A DNA stretch of 64,000 bases from the NCBI GenBank assembly GCA_038204425.1, contig JBBRCZ010000007.1, positions 64,001-128,000 of the forward strand, read 5' to 3'. A model generated the notes under the pieces. It made no database searches. It had not been told where the DNA came from and saw only the letters and a program-made list of their open reading frames with translations. Both the position numbers and the translations under genes were made by a program. Positions 31,300 through 40,319 of the stretch are shown one piece after another. This DNA comes from Spirochaetia bacterium (GTDB lineage Bacteria > Spirochaetota > Spirochaetia > DSM-27196 > Salinispiraceae). Position 1 is the stretch's first letter, and every line of letters begins with the position of its first letter.

Positions 31300-31328
31300 A
31301 TAGTAACCCTACGAGGCGAGACTGGCAA
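31300..31328 (-). promoter_or_regulatory. Sigma-70 promoter of the T-box/thrS operon
   Basis: TTGCCA-N17-TACTAT immediately before stem I. Confidence 0.7.
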
Positions 31329-31420
31329 GCCACCTGTTTAGACACTACAATTAGACGTAATGGATCTTTACCGTATCGTTATTCGATGATATGCTACGGT
31401 GCTCGGAGGGGTTGTACTTC

Positions 31421-32551
31421 ATGAAGACTGTCATTTTTAGCAGCAAAGAAGCAGAAATCAAGGATGTTCTGCTGCTCTCAACCTCGTTTGACATCAAACT
31501 ATTTACAGAAAAAGTCTACTTTGCAGAAAATGAAGCCGATGCCGACTTGGTGATTGTAATTGACAAGGATGTCTACGACGTTCTGCCTGCCAATCTCATT
31601 ACCGCCATTACAACCAGAATTCGCAAAACACCGTGTCTGGTTTTGGTACATTTCAGGATGGCAAGCGAGCAATCTGAGCCCTACAAAGAACTTGGACTCA
31701 GCCTCTTTCACTATGAAAAAGGCTCGCCTGTTTCGCAAGAAAACCTAATTACCCAGATCGAAAGTTTGGCGGAACGCACCACTTTGTACCGGCGCCTGGA
31801 TTCATATATTCGCGACTCGTTTAGAGACATAGTAGACTCGAGTCTGCTACAAAAACAAAAAGAAGAAATTGAACTGCTCAACCGCAAACTGGAATACATT
31901 AGCCGCGTCGATCACCTTACCAACCTGCTCAATCGCCGAGCATTGCTCGAAGCTTTTGAACTAGAAAAAAGACGCGCTCTGCGCAATCGCTGGCGCCTCA
32001 AGCAAGTTGGCGGTTTTGGCGATCCCGACGAAGGCAAGTCAGTAAGTGAAGAGCTGAGAGAATTTTCGCATGCCAGCAAGGGCACCATTACTGAGCACAT
32101 TGGCAATTTTGCCTGCATGATCATGGACATTGATCACTTTAAGCTGGTAAACGACAGTTACGGCCATTTGATTGGCGACAAAGTTTTGCATCACATGGGC
32201 GAACTGCTCAACCAAAAAGGTTTGTTTAGAGACTGTGATGTCAAGGGCCGCTACGGTGGAGAAGAATTTATTGTACTCTTGTCAGAAACCAACAGTGCTA
32301 ATGCACTGATTCCGGCCGAACGACTGCGTAAATTGCTCAAAGAGACCACTTTTGAAGGCGAAGCAGGTCAGAAGTTTAATGTTTCGCTGAGCATAGGCAT
32401 TGCTGAGTTCTTGCCAGAAGAAGTAACCAGCGAAGAAATGATTAAACGAGCGGACCAAGCCCTCTACTATGCAAAGGAACATGGCCGCGACCAAATATGT
32501 ATCTACGAACGCGTCAAGGGCCAACTCTCAGCCCTTGAGCACGGACATTGA
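31421..32551 (+). CDS. Diguanylate cyclase (GGDEF) with degenerate REC-like N-terminus
   Basis: DHLTNLLNRR, DIDHFKLVNDSYGH..GD, RDCD I-site, GGEEF, ADQALY.AK..GRD. Confidence 0.92.
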   Translation: MKTVIFSSKEAEIKDVLLLSTSFDIKLFTEKVYFAENEADADLVIVIDKDVYDVLPANLITAITTRIRKTPCLVLVHFRMASEQSEPYKELGLSLFHYEKGSPVSQENLITQIESLAERTTLYRRLDSYIRDSFRDIVDSSLLQKQKEEIELLNRKLEYISRVDHLTNLLNRRALLEAFELEKRRALRNRWRLKQVGGFGDPDEGKSVSEELREFSHASKGTITEHIGNFACMIMDIDHFKLVNDSYGHLIGDKVLHHMGELLNQKGLFRDCDVKGRYGGEEFIVLLSETNSANALIPAERLRKLLKETTFEGEAGQKFNVSLSIGIAEFLPEEVTSEEMIKRADQALYYAKEHGRDQICIYERVKGQLSALEHGH

Positions 32552-32577
32552 ACACGTCGATAGACACGGACATTAAA

Positions 32578-33525
32578 CTATAGCTTTTTGGCTGCCTTAG
32601 ATGCCTCGGTGCTGCTCAAGTAGAGTGCCTCCAGAGCATTGTCCTCCGCCATACTACGAACCGATAGATTGAGCTTAATCAAAAGAGTCATCAGCGCCTG
32701 TTTGGCTTGGTTATAATGCTCATCGTCTTCAGCGTCAAAACTTAGTGCGTAGCTGCCAAGCGACTCTTGGTCTTGGACACTTTTGATGCCAAGCACCGCA
32801 TTTAGCTGGGCTCGTTCGCTCGTTTCTAGTGCTCGAGTCAGAACAAGCGTCATCGAGCGCTGGGCACGCGAGATATCAAGCACCTTTCCACTGCTGCCAA
32901 TCTTGCCAGCACTCAGCATGGTGACTTCGTCACAGAGATCCTGCATTTCGTCCATGTCATGAGAACTTATAATCACACTGGTATCGGCCTTGAGCTTACG
33001 AATATAAGAACGAATAGTCTTGGCACTTGCCAAGTCAAGTCCTGTGCATGGTTCATCCAAAATGACTAGCTTGGGTTTGCCCAAAAAGGCCTGCGCCAAA
33101 CAAAGTCGCTTGTATTGACCATGAGACAGCGTAGCCGAATTTCTGCCTAAAAGTTCGCTAAAATCAACCAAGTCAAGTACACGCTCAACTTCGTTCCAAG
33201 CATCGTTGTGCGTCCAACCAGATACCTGCAAGAAGAACACTAGTTGGTCTACTACCGATACGCTGGCTTGGAAGCGTGCATCTTGCGGGAGGATGCTCAT
33301 TTGACCACGTATCGAATCCAAACTGTCGTGCCCCAGCACGCGCACGGTTCCAGAGTCGGGCTTAAGAAAGCCAGCGATAATCGAAAAAAGCGTGGTCTTG
33401 CCGGCCCCATTGGGGCCAATAATGCCATAGATGCAATGTTCTGGAATGTTGAGAGAGACATCATTGAGCGCTTTAACCTGAGAAAAGGTCTTACTTATTG
33501 CCTGTATGCTTATACAATCTGCCAT
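32578..33525 (-). CDS. ABC exporter ATP-binding subunit
   Basis: GPNGAGKTT, LPQD, LSHGQ signature variant, ILDEP, SSH. Confidence 0.92.
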   Translation of the reverse strand: MADCISIQAISKTFSQVKALNDVSLNIPEHCIYGIIGPNGAGKTTLFSIIAGFLKPDSGTVRVLGHDSLDSIRGQMSILPQDARFQASVSVVDQLVFFLQVSGWTHNDAWNEVERVLDLVDFSELLGRNSATLSHGQYKRLCLAQAFLGKPKLVILDEPCTGLDLASAKTIRSYIRKLKADTSVIISSHDMDEMQDLCDEVTMLSAGKIGSSGKVLDISRAQRSMTLVLTRALETSERAQLNAVLGIKSVQDQESLGSYALSFDAEDDEHYNQAKQALMTLLIKLNLSVRSMAEDNALEALYLSSTEASKAAKKL

Positions 33526-33540
33526 ATGTTTACTCCAAAC

Positions 33541-34878
33541 CTAGAGGTTACGGCGTTCAAAGATTTTGAGACCGCCAAAATAGAAGACGAGGCTATAGGC
33601 CGCTACACTTGCCAGGGCCACAAGAACATAGGCCGGCTCTGGATGCAGCAGGTAAAATGCAGCCTTTTGAGGTAAAAGAAACTCAATTACTCTTATTTCC
33701 TTGAGAGCACTACTTGCCAAAAGCGTAATACCTGGCACCAGCAAGATGCCAAGTCCGGTCAATAGCGAACCCGCCACAGAGTTGATGACAGCACTAAGCG
33801 CAACTGCCAAAACACAAAAAGGAAGGCTTGCTAGCACCATGGCAACAAAGCCACGCAATGTCCACAAAAGTAGCTCACCGACTTGATAAACCTCGGGATA
33901 CTTAAGTGCGGTAAAAACAAAGGTTAGTACAAACACCAGCAAGGTTAACATGGTGTTGATGAGTGCCACCGCCGCAAGCTTGCCATTAAAAATGTCTCTA
34001 CGGCTGGTCCTGAGCAGGACAAATCGCAGTCCTTTGTTCTGGTTATCCGAGGAGATAGCCGATGCGCCAATCAACATGGTCAAAAATGGCAAGAGAGAAG
34101 AAAAAACCAAAAAACTAAGCGAGGCAAAGCCAGGACGATCAAGCAAAATAAAGCGCGCAAAATTATTATCTGGTGTCGTCACTCCAAGCAGCTCGGCTAT
34201 GGTTCCTTGAATAAACTGAAGAAAGAGCGTGTTGCCCTGACCTTGGGTACCTTGGGCTGCAATCATCGCGCCAAATTCGCTCTTGGCAATCCACTCAAGC
34301 GGTACATAGATCAAGTTAGCGACACTCAGCACTACAAAAGCACCAAGCGTATAGGTCAAAAACGTGGCTGCGCTACGCATTCGTTGCTTAAAACTAAACG
34401 ACGATATCAGATGCCAAGCTGATAAAACCTTATCGCCGCCTTGCAAGGACCCTTTTTTGCCCGAAGCAGACCAAAGATCTGCAAAGACAAAGCTAAGGAA
34501 TACAATATTGCAAAGTGGAAAAAGCATGGTGCTGATGTCACCGAGGCTAATCTGATAGCCAACCGTAGAAGGCAAGACAAAACGCAAGACTATTCCGAGT
34601 AAGGCAATTAGTGCCGCAACAATGCCTATAACTCTACCCGATATTTTGTGAAGCTTAACAAGCCCACTAGCCGATATCAGGTAGAGAACACCAGAAACTA
34701 GTGATGCGATGCTGTTAACCAACTCTCCTGGGCCATAAGTGGTACCATCGGCCGTCACAATCGACAGGCAAGAAAACCAGATCAAAGATCCAAAGACTTG
34801 CAGGCCACCAACGATGAAACTCATGATACTTATGGCTTTGATGCCACCTGGCCTGATACTAAGTGAAGCAGTGCTCAT
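33541..34878 (-). CDS. ABC-2 type permease with an extra N-terminal 4-TM domain
   Basis: AISSD...GLRFVLLRTSRRDIFNGK ABC-2 motif; ~10 TM; C-terminal FERRNL. Confidence 0.8.
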   Translation of the reverse strand: MSTASLSIRPGGIKAISIMSFIVGGLQVFGSLIWFSCLSIVTADGTTYGPGELVNSIASLVSGVLYLISASGLVKLHKISGRVIGIVAALIALLGIVLRFVLPSTVGYQISLGDISTMLFPLCNIVFLSFVFADLWSASGKKGSLQGGDKVLSAWHLISSFSFKQRMRSAATFLTYTLGAFVVLSVANLIYVPLEWIAKSEFGAMIAAQGTQGQGNTLFLQFIQGTIAELLGVTTPDNNFARFILLDRPGFASLSFLVFSSLLPFLTMLIGASAISSDNQNKGLRFVLLRTSRRDIFNGKLAAVALINTMLTLLVFVLTFVFTALKYPEVYQVGELLLWTLRGFVAMVLASLPFCVLAVALSAVINSVAGSLLTGLGILLVPGITLLASSALKEIRVIEFLLPQKAAFYLLHPEPAYVLVALASVAAYSLVFYFGGLKIFERRNL

Positions 34879-34890
34879 AGTGTCCAACTC

Positions 34891-35769
34891 CTAATTTTTT
34901 TGACCATAGAGATCTGATTTTGATAAAGGCTTGCCATTGACGCATAGTTCTTGTTCTTGGCTAAGCTGCTTTTTACTTCTGTACAAAAACTGACACAAAG
35001 ATACTAGTCCAACTGCAGCAAGTGCAAGCGAGAACCACTGCCCGGTAGCAAGACCGCCAAAACTACCGCGTAGACTATCAGCTCGAGTCATTTCTACCGC
35101 AAAACGCAACAATGCGTAAGACAGACAATAGAGACTTATTATCAAGCCTCGTGCACGAGTTTTTTTGAATATTAAGAGCAGAACTAGTCCTATTAACAAT
35201 AGCCCGGCAGCTTCGTAAAGTGGCGAAGCGTGCCTCGGCCCGAGCACAAGATCCGGGTTGTCAGGAAGCATGAGCCAATTGTTAGGATAGGTAATTGCAA
35301 AAGGGTTTTGCGCAGAACATACTTCGCCAAAACAACAACCGTTAAACATGCAACCTATTCTGCCAAACATGTGCGCAAACGGCAGCGCCACTGCCATAGC
35401 ATCCAGTGTCTTCCACGTAATAATCTGATGTGGGTCCAAACGAGTGTAGACCACAATAGCAATTAAGGCACCCACCAAACCCGTGGTTACCGTAGACCCC
35501 GACTGAGCAATCACCAGCCACCATGGCTTAGCATTATTGGCCGGGTCCAAAAGCTCTATAATAGCTTGGCCAAACTTGGCAGAAAACGCCGCTGCCAAAA
35601 AAACCACCGACAAAAAGATGACATAGGCCAGAGGTTTCTTTTTTACCTCGTTGTTGAGGGCCACTAATATTAGTACAAAGGTAGTGATTGCCACAATTAC
35701 CAATAAGCCAAAGGTCGGCAAGGCAAGTGGTACACCGCCAAGCTCCCCCGATATCAAAAAAGGAAACAT
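34891..35769 (-). CDS. lgt: Prolipoprotein diacylglyceryl transferase-like protein (atypical)
   Basis: MFP..., PTFGLL, D...ALPFAHMFGRIGCMFNGCCFG, HASPLYE, RFAVEMTR.D..RG, TGQW. Confidence 0.8.
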   Translation of the reverse strand: MFPFLISGELGGVPLALPTFGLLVIVAITTFVLILVALNNEVKKKPLAYVIFLSVVFLAAAFSAKFGQAIIELLDPANNAKPWWLVIAQSGSTVTTGLVGALIAIVVYTRLDPHQIITWKTLDAMAVALPFAHMFGRIGCMFNGCCFGEVCSAQNPFAITYPNNWLMLPDNPDLVLGPRHASPLYEAAGLLLIGLVLLLIFKKTRARGLIISLYCLSYALLRFAVEMTRADSLRGSFGGLATGQWFSLALAAVGLVSLCQFLYRSKKQLSQEQELCVNGKPLSKSDLYGQKN

Positions 35770-35792
35770 TGTCTATCACCTCATTTAAAACG

Positions 35793-35817
35793 AAAAAAGG
35801 AGCCGTTGAGGCCCCTT
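35793..35817 (-). terminator. Rho-independent terminator between the small membrane protein gene and lgt
   Basis: AAGGGGCC-TCAAC-GGCTCCTT followed by TTTT on the minus strand. Confidence 0.7.
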
Positions 35818-35837
35818 CCTATTCAGTAAGTAATAAG

Positions 35838-36233
35838 CTATTGCAGAGTAGCTTCTGTCATAGTTTTTAAACCATCCGACATTTCTTGCAATCCCTTTTG
35901 TACCTCTGGATCTTTAATTGCATCACTAAAACTGTCTGCCATACCTTGCAGGCCACCCGCGCCACCCACAAGAGCACCAAGAGCAGCCAAAGCCAATGCG
36001 GCCAAGACTATCGAAATACCTTGGAAGACAACACCGATGATACCAAGCACCAAGGCAGCGGTATACATTCCCTTCTTCTCTGGCTCGGTCTTCTTACCTT
36101 TATTGGCAAGAACGATAGCCACAATACCAGCTACCAATGCGATCGCATTGGAAACAAACGGTACGGGTAAAAAGCAAAGCACCCAAGGCAAAGCAATAGA
36201 AACAATACCTAGAATCAACGCAGCAACAGCCAT
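35838..36233 (-). CDS. Small 3-TM membrane protein (DUF4190-like)
   Basis: MAVAALILGIVS...G..AIVL...G.Y.AALVLGIIG; perfect AAGGAGG SD. Confidence 0.75.
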   Translation of the reverse strand: MAVAALILGIVSIALPWVLCFLPVPFVSNAIALVAGIVAIVLANKGKKTEPEKKGMYTAALVLGIIGVVFQGISIVLAALALAALGALVGGAGGLQGMADSFSDAIKDPEVQKGLQEMSDGLKTMTEATLQ

Positions 36234-36272
36234 AATATTCCTCCTTAAGCCGTCAATATCATATCATTGATT

Positions 36273-36301
36273 AGCATAGGTTATGGCGTATGCGTTGTCA
36301 A
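36273..36301 (-). promoter_or_regulatory. Sigma-70 promoter
   Basis: TTGACA-N17-TATGCT upstream of 36233. Confidence 0.72.
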
Positions 36302-36499
36302 TAATTGTACCTGATTTTTTTACTGGTTGTATAAGCTCCTGAAAATATGCGCCAATTAGACCCCCTGAACTTCCTCTAAGTCAAAGAAATGCTTAATAGG
36401 TAAGATTCGACCCTGTACCAAAAGTGGGTAGTTTAATAAGTCGCGAGGATTGTTAAGACTTGGGCCGTCAAAACCAGCGCTGTCAGATTTTGCACTGTA

Positions 36500-37296
36500 A
36501 GCTTAGGAAAATGAGCTATGATTGCGCGCCTGGGGCTTAAGATAAGGTCGAGCGCGGGCGTGAGCGATGGACTTTAGACGTACTTTGGCCTCAATTTCCT
36601 GCGCCCGCGCCATGCGCAGCACAAAGTATCGCACTAATGTGCGGTGCAGATAGAATCACTGGGCCGGTGTTGACGACGTTCTTTATGTGGCGGTCTATAA
36701 ACTCTGCAGGATCGACCAAAGCGATGGCACTGACCGATGGCAAGAGACCATTGGCAATCGCTTTATCAACGAGCTGCTTTACCTGCATACAAAGAGTACG
36801 GCCGTTTTTAACAAGCACGACGATATTCGCCAAAAACTAACTCAACACCGTCTATGCCTTGTAAAAGATTCTCAAGTTCGGTGCCCCAAGCATCTCCAAA
36901 GTCCACTTAGTCTTTTCGGTCGCCGCCAGTTTTCTGTTTCAACTTCTACTTTGACAAACTGGCCGAGGTTAAGTGTAGTGTTGCGGGGAAATTCAAAGAC
37001 TACGGCCAACAAACCGGAGTTTCCTTGTGGTAGCAAACTGCGCTGGCGTAGACTCGCGCAAAAAAGGAACATCCTTATCGCTTACGACAGTGGCTGGGGC
37101 AAAGTCTCGGTTGACCAGTTTTGACCAATACTCTTTCTACTTGGCCGGCAAAAGGTGCAGGATGAGACAAGGTAGCCCTTGGTCCCAAGCGACCGGCAAA
37201 CTTAATCGTGTGCTTGGCTTGGGACAAGGCCATGGTTCTGACTTGTACACTCGGTACTGCCTAAACAATTTGGGCCTGTCATGTTCTGTTCCTCCT
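36500..37296 (-). pseudogene. Collapsed relic of an RND efflux operon (periplasmic adaptor plus AcrB-type permease)
   Basis: AGGAGG-ATG at 37282, then fragments in shifting frames: AVPSVQVRTM..IKFAGRLGP..SHPAPFAGQVERVLVKTGQ and GLLAVVFEFP..LNLGQFVKVEV (adaptor-like); ELENLLQGIDGVELV and LLPSV..LVDPAEFIDRHIKNVV (AcrB-like). Confidence 0.65.
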
Positions 37297-37363
37297 ACGA
37301 ATCATAGCGAAAAAAATCCCCTATAGCGTCGTACGCAGAATAAACCACAAGAGGCCTAGTTCG

Positions 37364-38644
37364 TTACGCGCCGATACGAGAACCTTTGCCATAACGCTCA
37401 GAATTGTACGAACCACCAGGGTGAGGAACAAAGGTGAGCGCAATGCCAGTCTTGCCCGCGCGACCAGCACGACCAATGCGATGAATATAGTCAGACCAGG
37501 TAGTTGGTGTCGAGAAGTTAATAACGTGACTAATGTCAGCTACGTCAATGCCGCGTGCAGCAACATCGGTCGCAACCAAAATTCGGACTTCGCCAGCCTT
37601 AAACCGTGTCAAAGCTCGTTGACGTTGAGCCTGACTCTTGTTGCCGTGCAAGGTGTCTACTTTAAAGCCACGTTCCATCAACAACTTGCCCAGTCGCTCA
37701 ACCCCGTGCTTGGTATCTTCAAAAACCAAAACCTTGCCGGTGTTGTCACCAATAAGTACATCGTGTAGACGGTCGATCTTCTCTGATTCGGCCTGATACA
37801 TAACCACATTTTGGTCAACGTTGTCTGAGGTTTCGCCATGTACAACCGAAACACGCACCGGATCCTTGCTAAAGTCACCAATTAAGGCGTTGATCGATGA
37901 TTCCATAGTTGCTGAGAAAAACAGCGATTGACGAACTGGTGCAACCCTGGCCAAGAGCGCTCTAATGTCTCGCACAAAACCCATGTCGAGCATGCGGTCT
38001 ACTTCGTCGAGCACGATTAAATTGGTTGAACCCAAGCGTAAAGTACCCTCTTGAACATGGTCTTTAAGTCGACCCGGAGTGCCAATGACGATGCGAGGAT
38101 TAGACTGCAAAGCGCGAATCTGCGGTCGCATGTTGGCACCACCAATGATGATAACCGAGTGCAAGCGAGTTCCGCGGCATAAGCTGCGAAATTCCTCATC
38201 AATTTGCACAGCAAGCTCACGAGTGGGAGCCATAATTAAGGCGCGACTGTTGGGTTCGTTCAAAAGTTTTTGAATCACAGGGATAGCAAAAGCTGCTGTT
38301 TTGCCCGTACCAGTGTTGGCCAAACCAACTACATCGTGACCTTCTAAGCTCGACCTTATGGTTTGGTCTTGGATGGCGGTTGGAGAATCATAGCCCTTGT
38401 GCACAATGTTGTTGTAGAGCTGAGTGTGCAAGCCAAAGTCGGCAAAAGTGGTGCTGGAAACATAGGCTTCCATGGTGACCGGTGTGGCCTTGCGGATAAA
38501 ACGGTCAAGCGGAATGTACTGCTTTACCGGACCCTGACGACGACCGTTGCCGCCTCGTGGTGGCTGGCGATTGCCAGAGTTGGAACTGTGTTGGCGAGGA
38601 CTTGCCTTGGCCGACGAATAAGTAGAAGATGCTGCGCTTCGCAT
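37364..38644 (-). CDS. DEAD-box RNA helicase (RhlE-like)
   Basis: Q motif, ANTGTGKT, PTRELA, TPGR, DEVD, SAT, ARGID, HRIGRAGR. Confidence 0.95.
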   Translation of the reverse strand: MRSAASSTYSSAKASPRQHSSNSGNRQPPRGGNGRRQGPVKQYIPLDRFIRKATPVTMEAYVSSTTFADFGLHTQLYNNIVHKGYDSPTAIQDQTIRSSLEGHDVVGLANTGTGKTAAFAIPVIQKLLNEPNSRALIMAPTRELAVQIDEEFRSLCRGTRLHSVIIIGGANMRPQIRALQSNPRIVIGTPGRLKDHVQEGTLRLGSTNLIVLDEVDRMLDMGFVRDIRALLARVAPVRQSLFFSATMESSINALIGDFSKDPVRVSVVHGETSDNVDQNVVMYQAESEKIDRLHDVLIGDNTGKVLVFEDTKHGVERLGKLLMERGFKVDTLHGNKSQAQRQRALTRFKAGEVRILVATDVAARGIDVADISHVINFSTPTTWSDYIHRIGRAGRAGKTGIALTFVPHPGGSYNSERYGKGSRIGA

Positions 38645-39057
38645 AAATTCCTTTGGGACAAGTGCATAGAAGCTTCTCTAAGCTCTAATGCTTGTGCCCG
38701 ATGTGAGACGAAAAAAATAACATTCCGGAAACGGATAAACAGCCCAATGAGCGGGCACATCAAAAGTAGAATCAACCAATGCATGTTTTCAAAACAGGGT
38801 TTTGAAAGCCACGCAATTAGTTTCAACTTTACATGATAGGGAAAAAGGCGGGGGTAAGCCGACACATTCCTTTGCGAAATCCGAATAGGGATGGCACTAT
38901 TGCCGCCTATGTAAGATACCCCGAAATAAGACGGGGACGCAGGAAGGTTTTGGATCTGTTCAGGGAACTCTTCGGTTCTAAACCGACTGATGTTTTTGCG
39001 GCAAATCCTGCTGACCGCGCCACACCATTTCCTGGGACCCACTTTTACAAAAAAGTT
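38645..39057 (-). ncRNA. Candidate structured 5' leader of the DEAD-box helicase
   Basis: Six or more hairpins between the promoter and the SD; no convincing coding ORF. Confidence 0.5.
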
Positions 39058-39063
39058 GTACAG

Positions 39064-39092
39064 ATAATGTAGTAAATGACTATTTTTGTCAA
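39064..39092 (-). promoter_or_regulatory. Sigma-70 promoter for the helicase leader
   Basis: TTGACA-N17-CATTAT. Confidence 0.55.
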
Positions 39093-39253
39093 GCGATCTT
39101 CTAAAGTTGACCAAAAATCATGACAAGGTTGCTAAGAATTACTTGAATCTGGGGGCATAGTCGGCCATAGTTGTAGGTATGAAGAAGTCAATAGTTTTTA
39201 GAGCATTTTTGGCGCTTACCAGTTTTTGGTTTGGTTGAGGCACCTGTAGCGCC

Positions 39254-40234
39254 ATGCGAGTAGCAATTGTGGGCCAAGGTGTAAGGGGAGCCGGCCACGT
39301 GGGGCTTGCCCAAGCTCTGTGTCTGGGGTTTGCCCAAGAAGTTGAGATAGACATTTATCTCAGTCCAAGCCTTTTTAACAGCGACTTTGTTAAACGCCAC
39401 CAAGCCGACAAGTTCCAGTTGATAGAACTTGAGGATCCTCAAGTTCTGGCTGGCTGGGCGAACAGTGGGCAGCTAAACCAAAGCGTGCTGTTTGCCGCGC
39501 TTAGCTCACAGCCCTACGACGTGGTGATAGGCATCCAGTTTTGGTTCAACTTACAAATTTTGTCGCCAGCCTTGCATAAACTGGGTACGCGACTCTATTT
39601 GGTGGCCTACCATGCCGACAGACGCCTGTACAATGCCGGGGCTTTACATGACCCCCAGAGCGGATTTTCTTTGTCATTTGACCAAAGTCTTTTTGATGCC
39701 TGCTTTGCGATTGAGCCATTCGACTACCCAGACGGCTTTATCCTTGTACCACCACTTACATCAGTACGCGAACACTTGCTGCTCGGCAAGCAAAGTGCGC
39801 GCGCAAAGCTGCTATCCATGGCTGGGCGGGAGGATAACGGTAAGCCATTGGCCTTGATAGCGAGCAATGGTGTGCCTGGCGAGTTTGCTCGCCTCTTGCA
39901 AGACTATCAGTATTTGGAAAATGAGAACTACCTCTTAGTGGGGGCGTGTAATATTGCCCAAGAAATTCCCGCAAGGCTTAAGCACATCTCGGTGCTCAAC
40001 ATCTTTCCACTTTGGCCTTACTTCCGAGGATTTGATTTGTTTATCGGTGCTGCCGGCTATGGTATGTACTGGGAAGTTCGTAAGTCCGGCATCCAAGCAA
40101 TCTTTGTGCCCATGCCGCGCAATTGGGAGGACCAAAGCTATCGTTTGGAACATGGGTCCAAATGCCCAACGGAAGGCCAAGGTGCTCAGCAGATAGTCGA
40201 GCACATTACGCGCCATACATTACTTGCAAACTAA
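39254..40234 (+). CDS. GT-B fold glycosyltransferase (GT28-C-like)
   Basis: G.GAGH N-terminal motif; FDLFIGAAGYG..WE...G..AIFVP.PR..EDQ..R C-terminal motif. Confidence 0.75.
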   Translation: MRVAIVGQGVRGAGHVGLAQALCLGFAQEVEIDIYLSPSLFNSDFVKRHQADKFQLIELEDPQVLAGWANSGQLNQSVLFAALSSQPYDVVIGIQFWFNLQILSPALHKLGTRLYLVAYHADRRLYNAGALHDPQSGFSLSFDQSLFDACFAIEPFDYPDGFILVPPLTSVREHLLLGKQSARAKLLSMAGREDNGKPLALIASNGVPGEFARLLQDYQYLENENYLLVGACNIAQEIPARLKHISVLNIFPLWPYFRGFDLFIGAAGYGMYWEVRKSGIQAIFVPMPRNWEDQSYRLEHGSKCPTEGQGAQQIVEHITRHTLLAN

Positions 40235-40319
40235 GCTATTGTGGGTGTATGCTTAGAACAGTGCATACCGTTTGTCGGTCCTCAGTCCCTAAAATTTTGG
40301 GACCGGCTGGAGTTGAGTT

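Noticed and set aside
36591..36833. Possible protein-L-isoaspartate methyltransferase fragment (ILSAPH)
   Set aside because: No SAM motif follows; LP..V...LVDP.EFI...IKNV and the neighbouring fragments fit an AcrB relic better
36687..37326. Plus-strand ORFs of 145 and 99 aa
   Set aside because: Antisense to the RND relic; no SD or motifs
38892..38903. Sigma-54 site TGGCACTATTGC
   Set aside because: GG-to-GC spacing is 7 nt rather than 10; it is part of a hairpin
38900..38950. c-di-GMP-I riboswitch (GGGACGCA after a hairpin)
   Set aside because: On the wrong strand for the helicase and lacks the GCAAA and P1/P3 consensus
38524..39114. 196-aa minus-strand ORF upstream of the helicase
   Set aside because: Spans the predicted promoter, overlaps the helicase out of frame, has no recognisable motif; better explained as a structured leader
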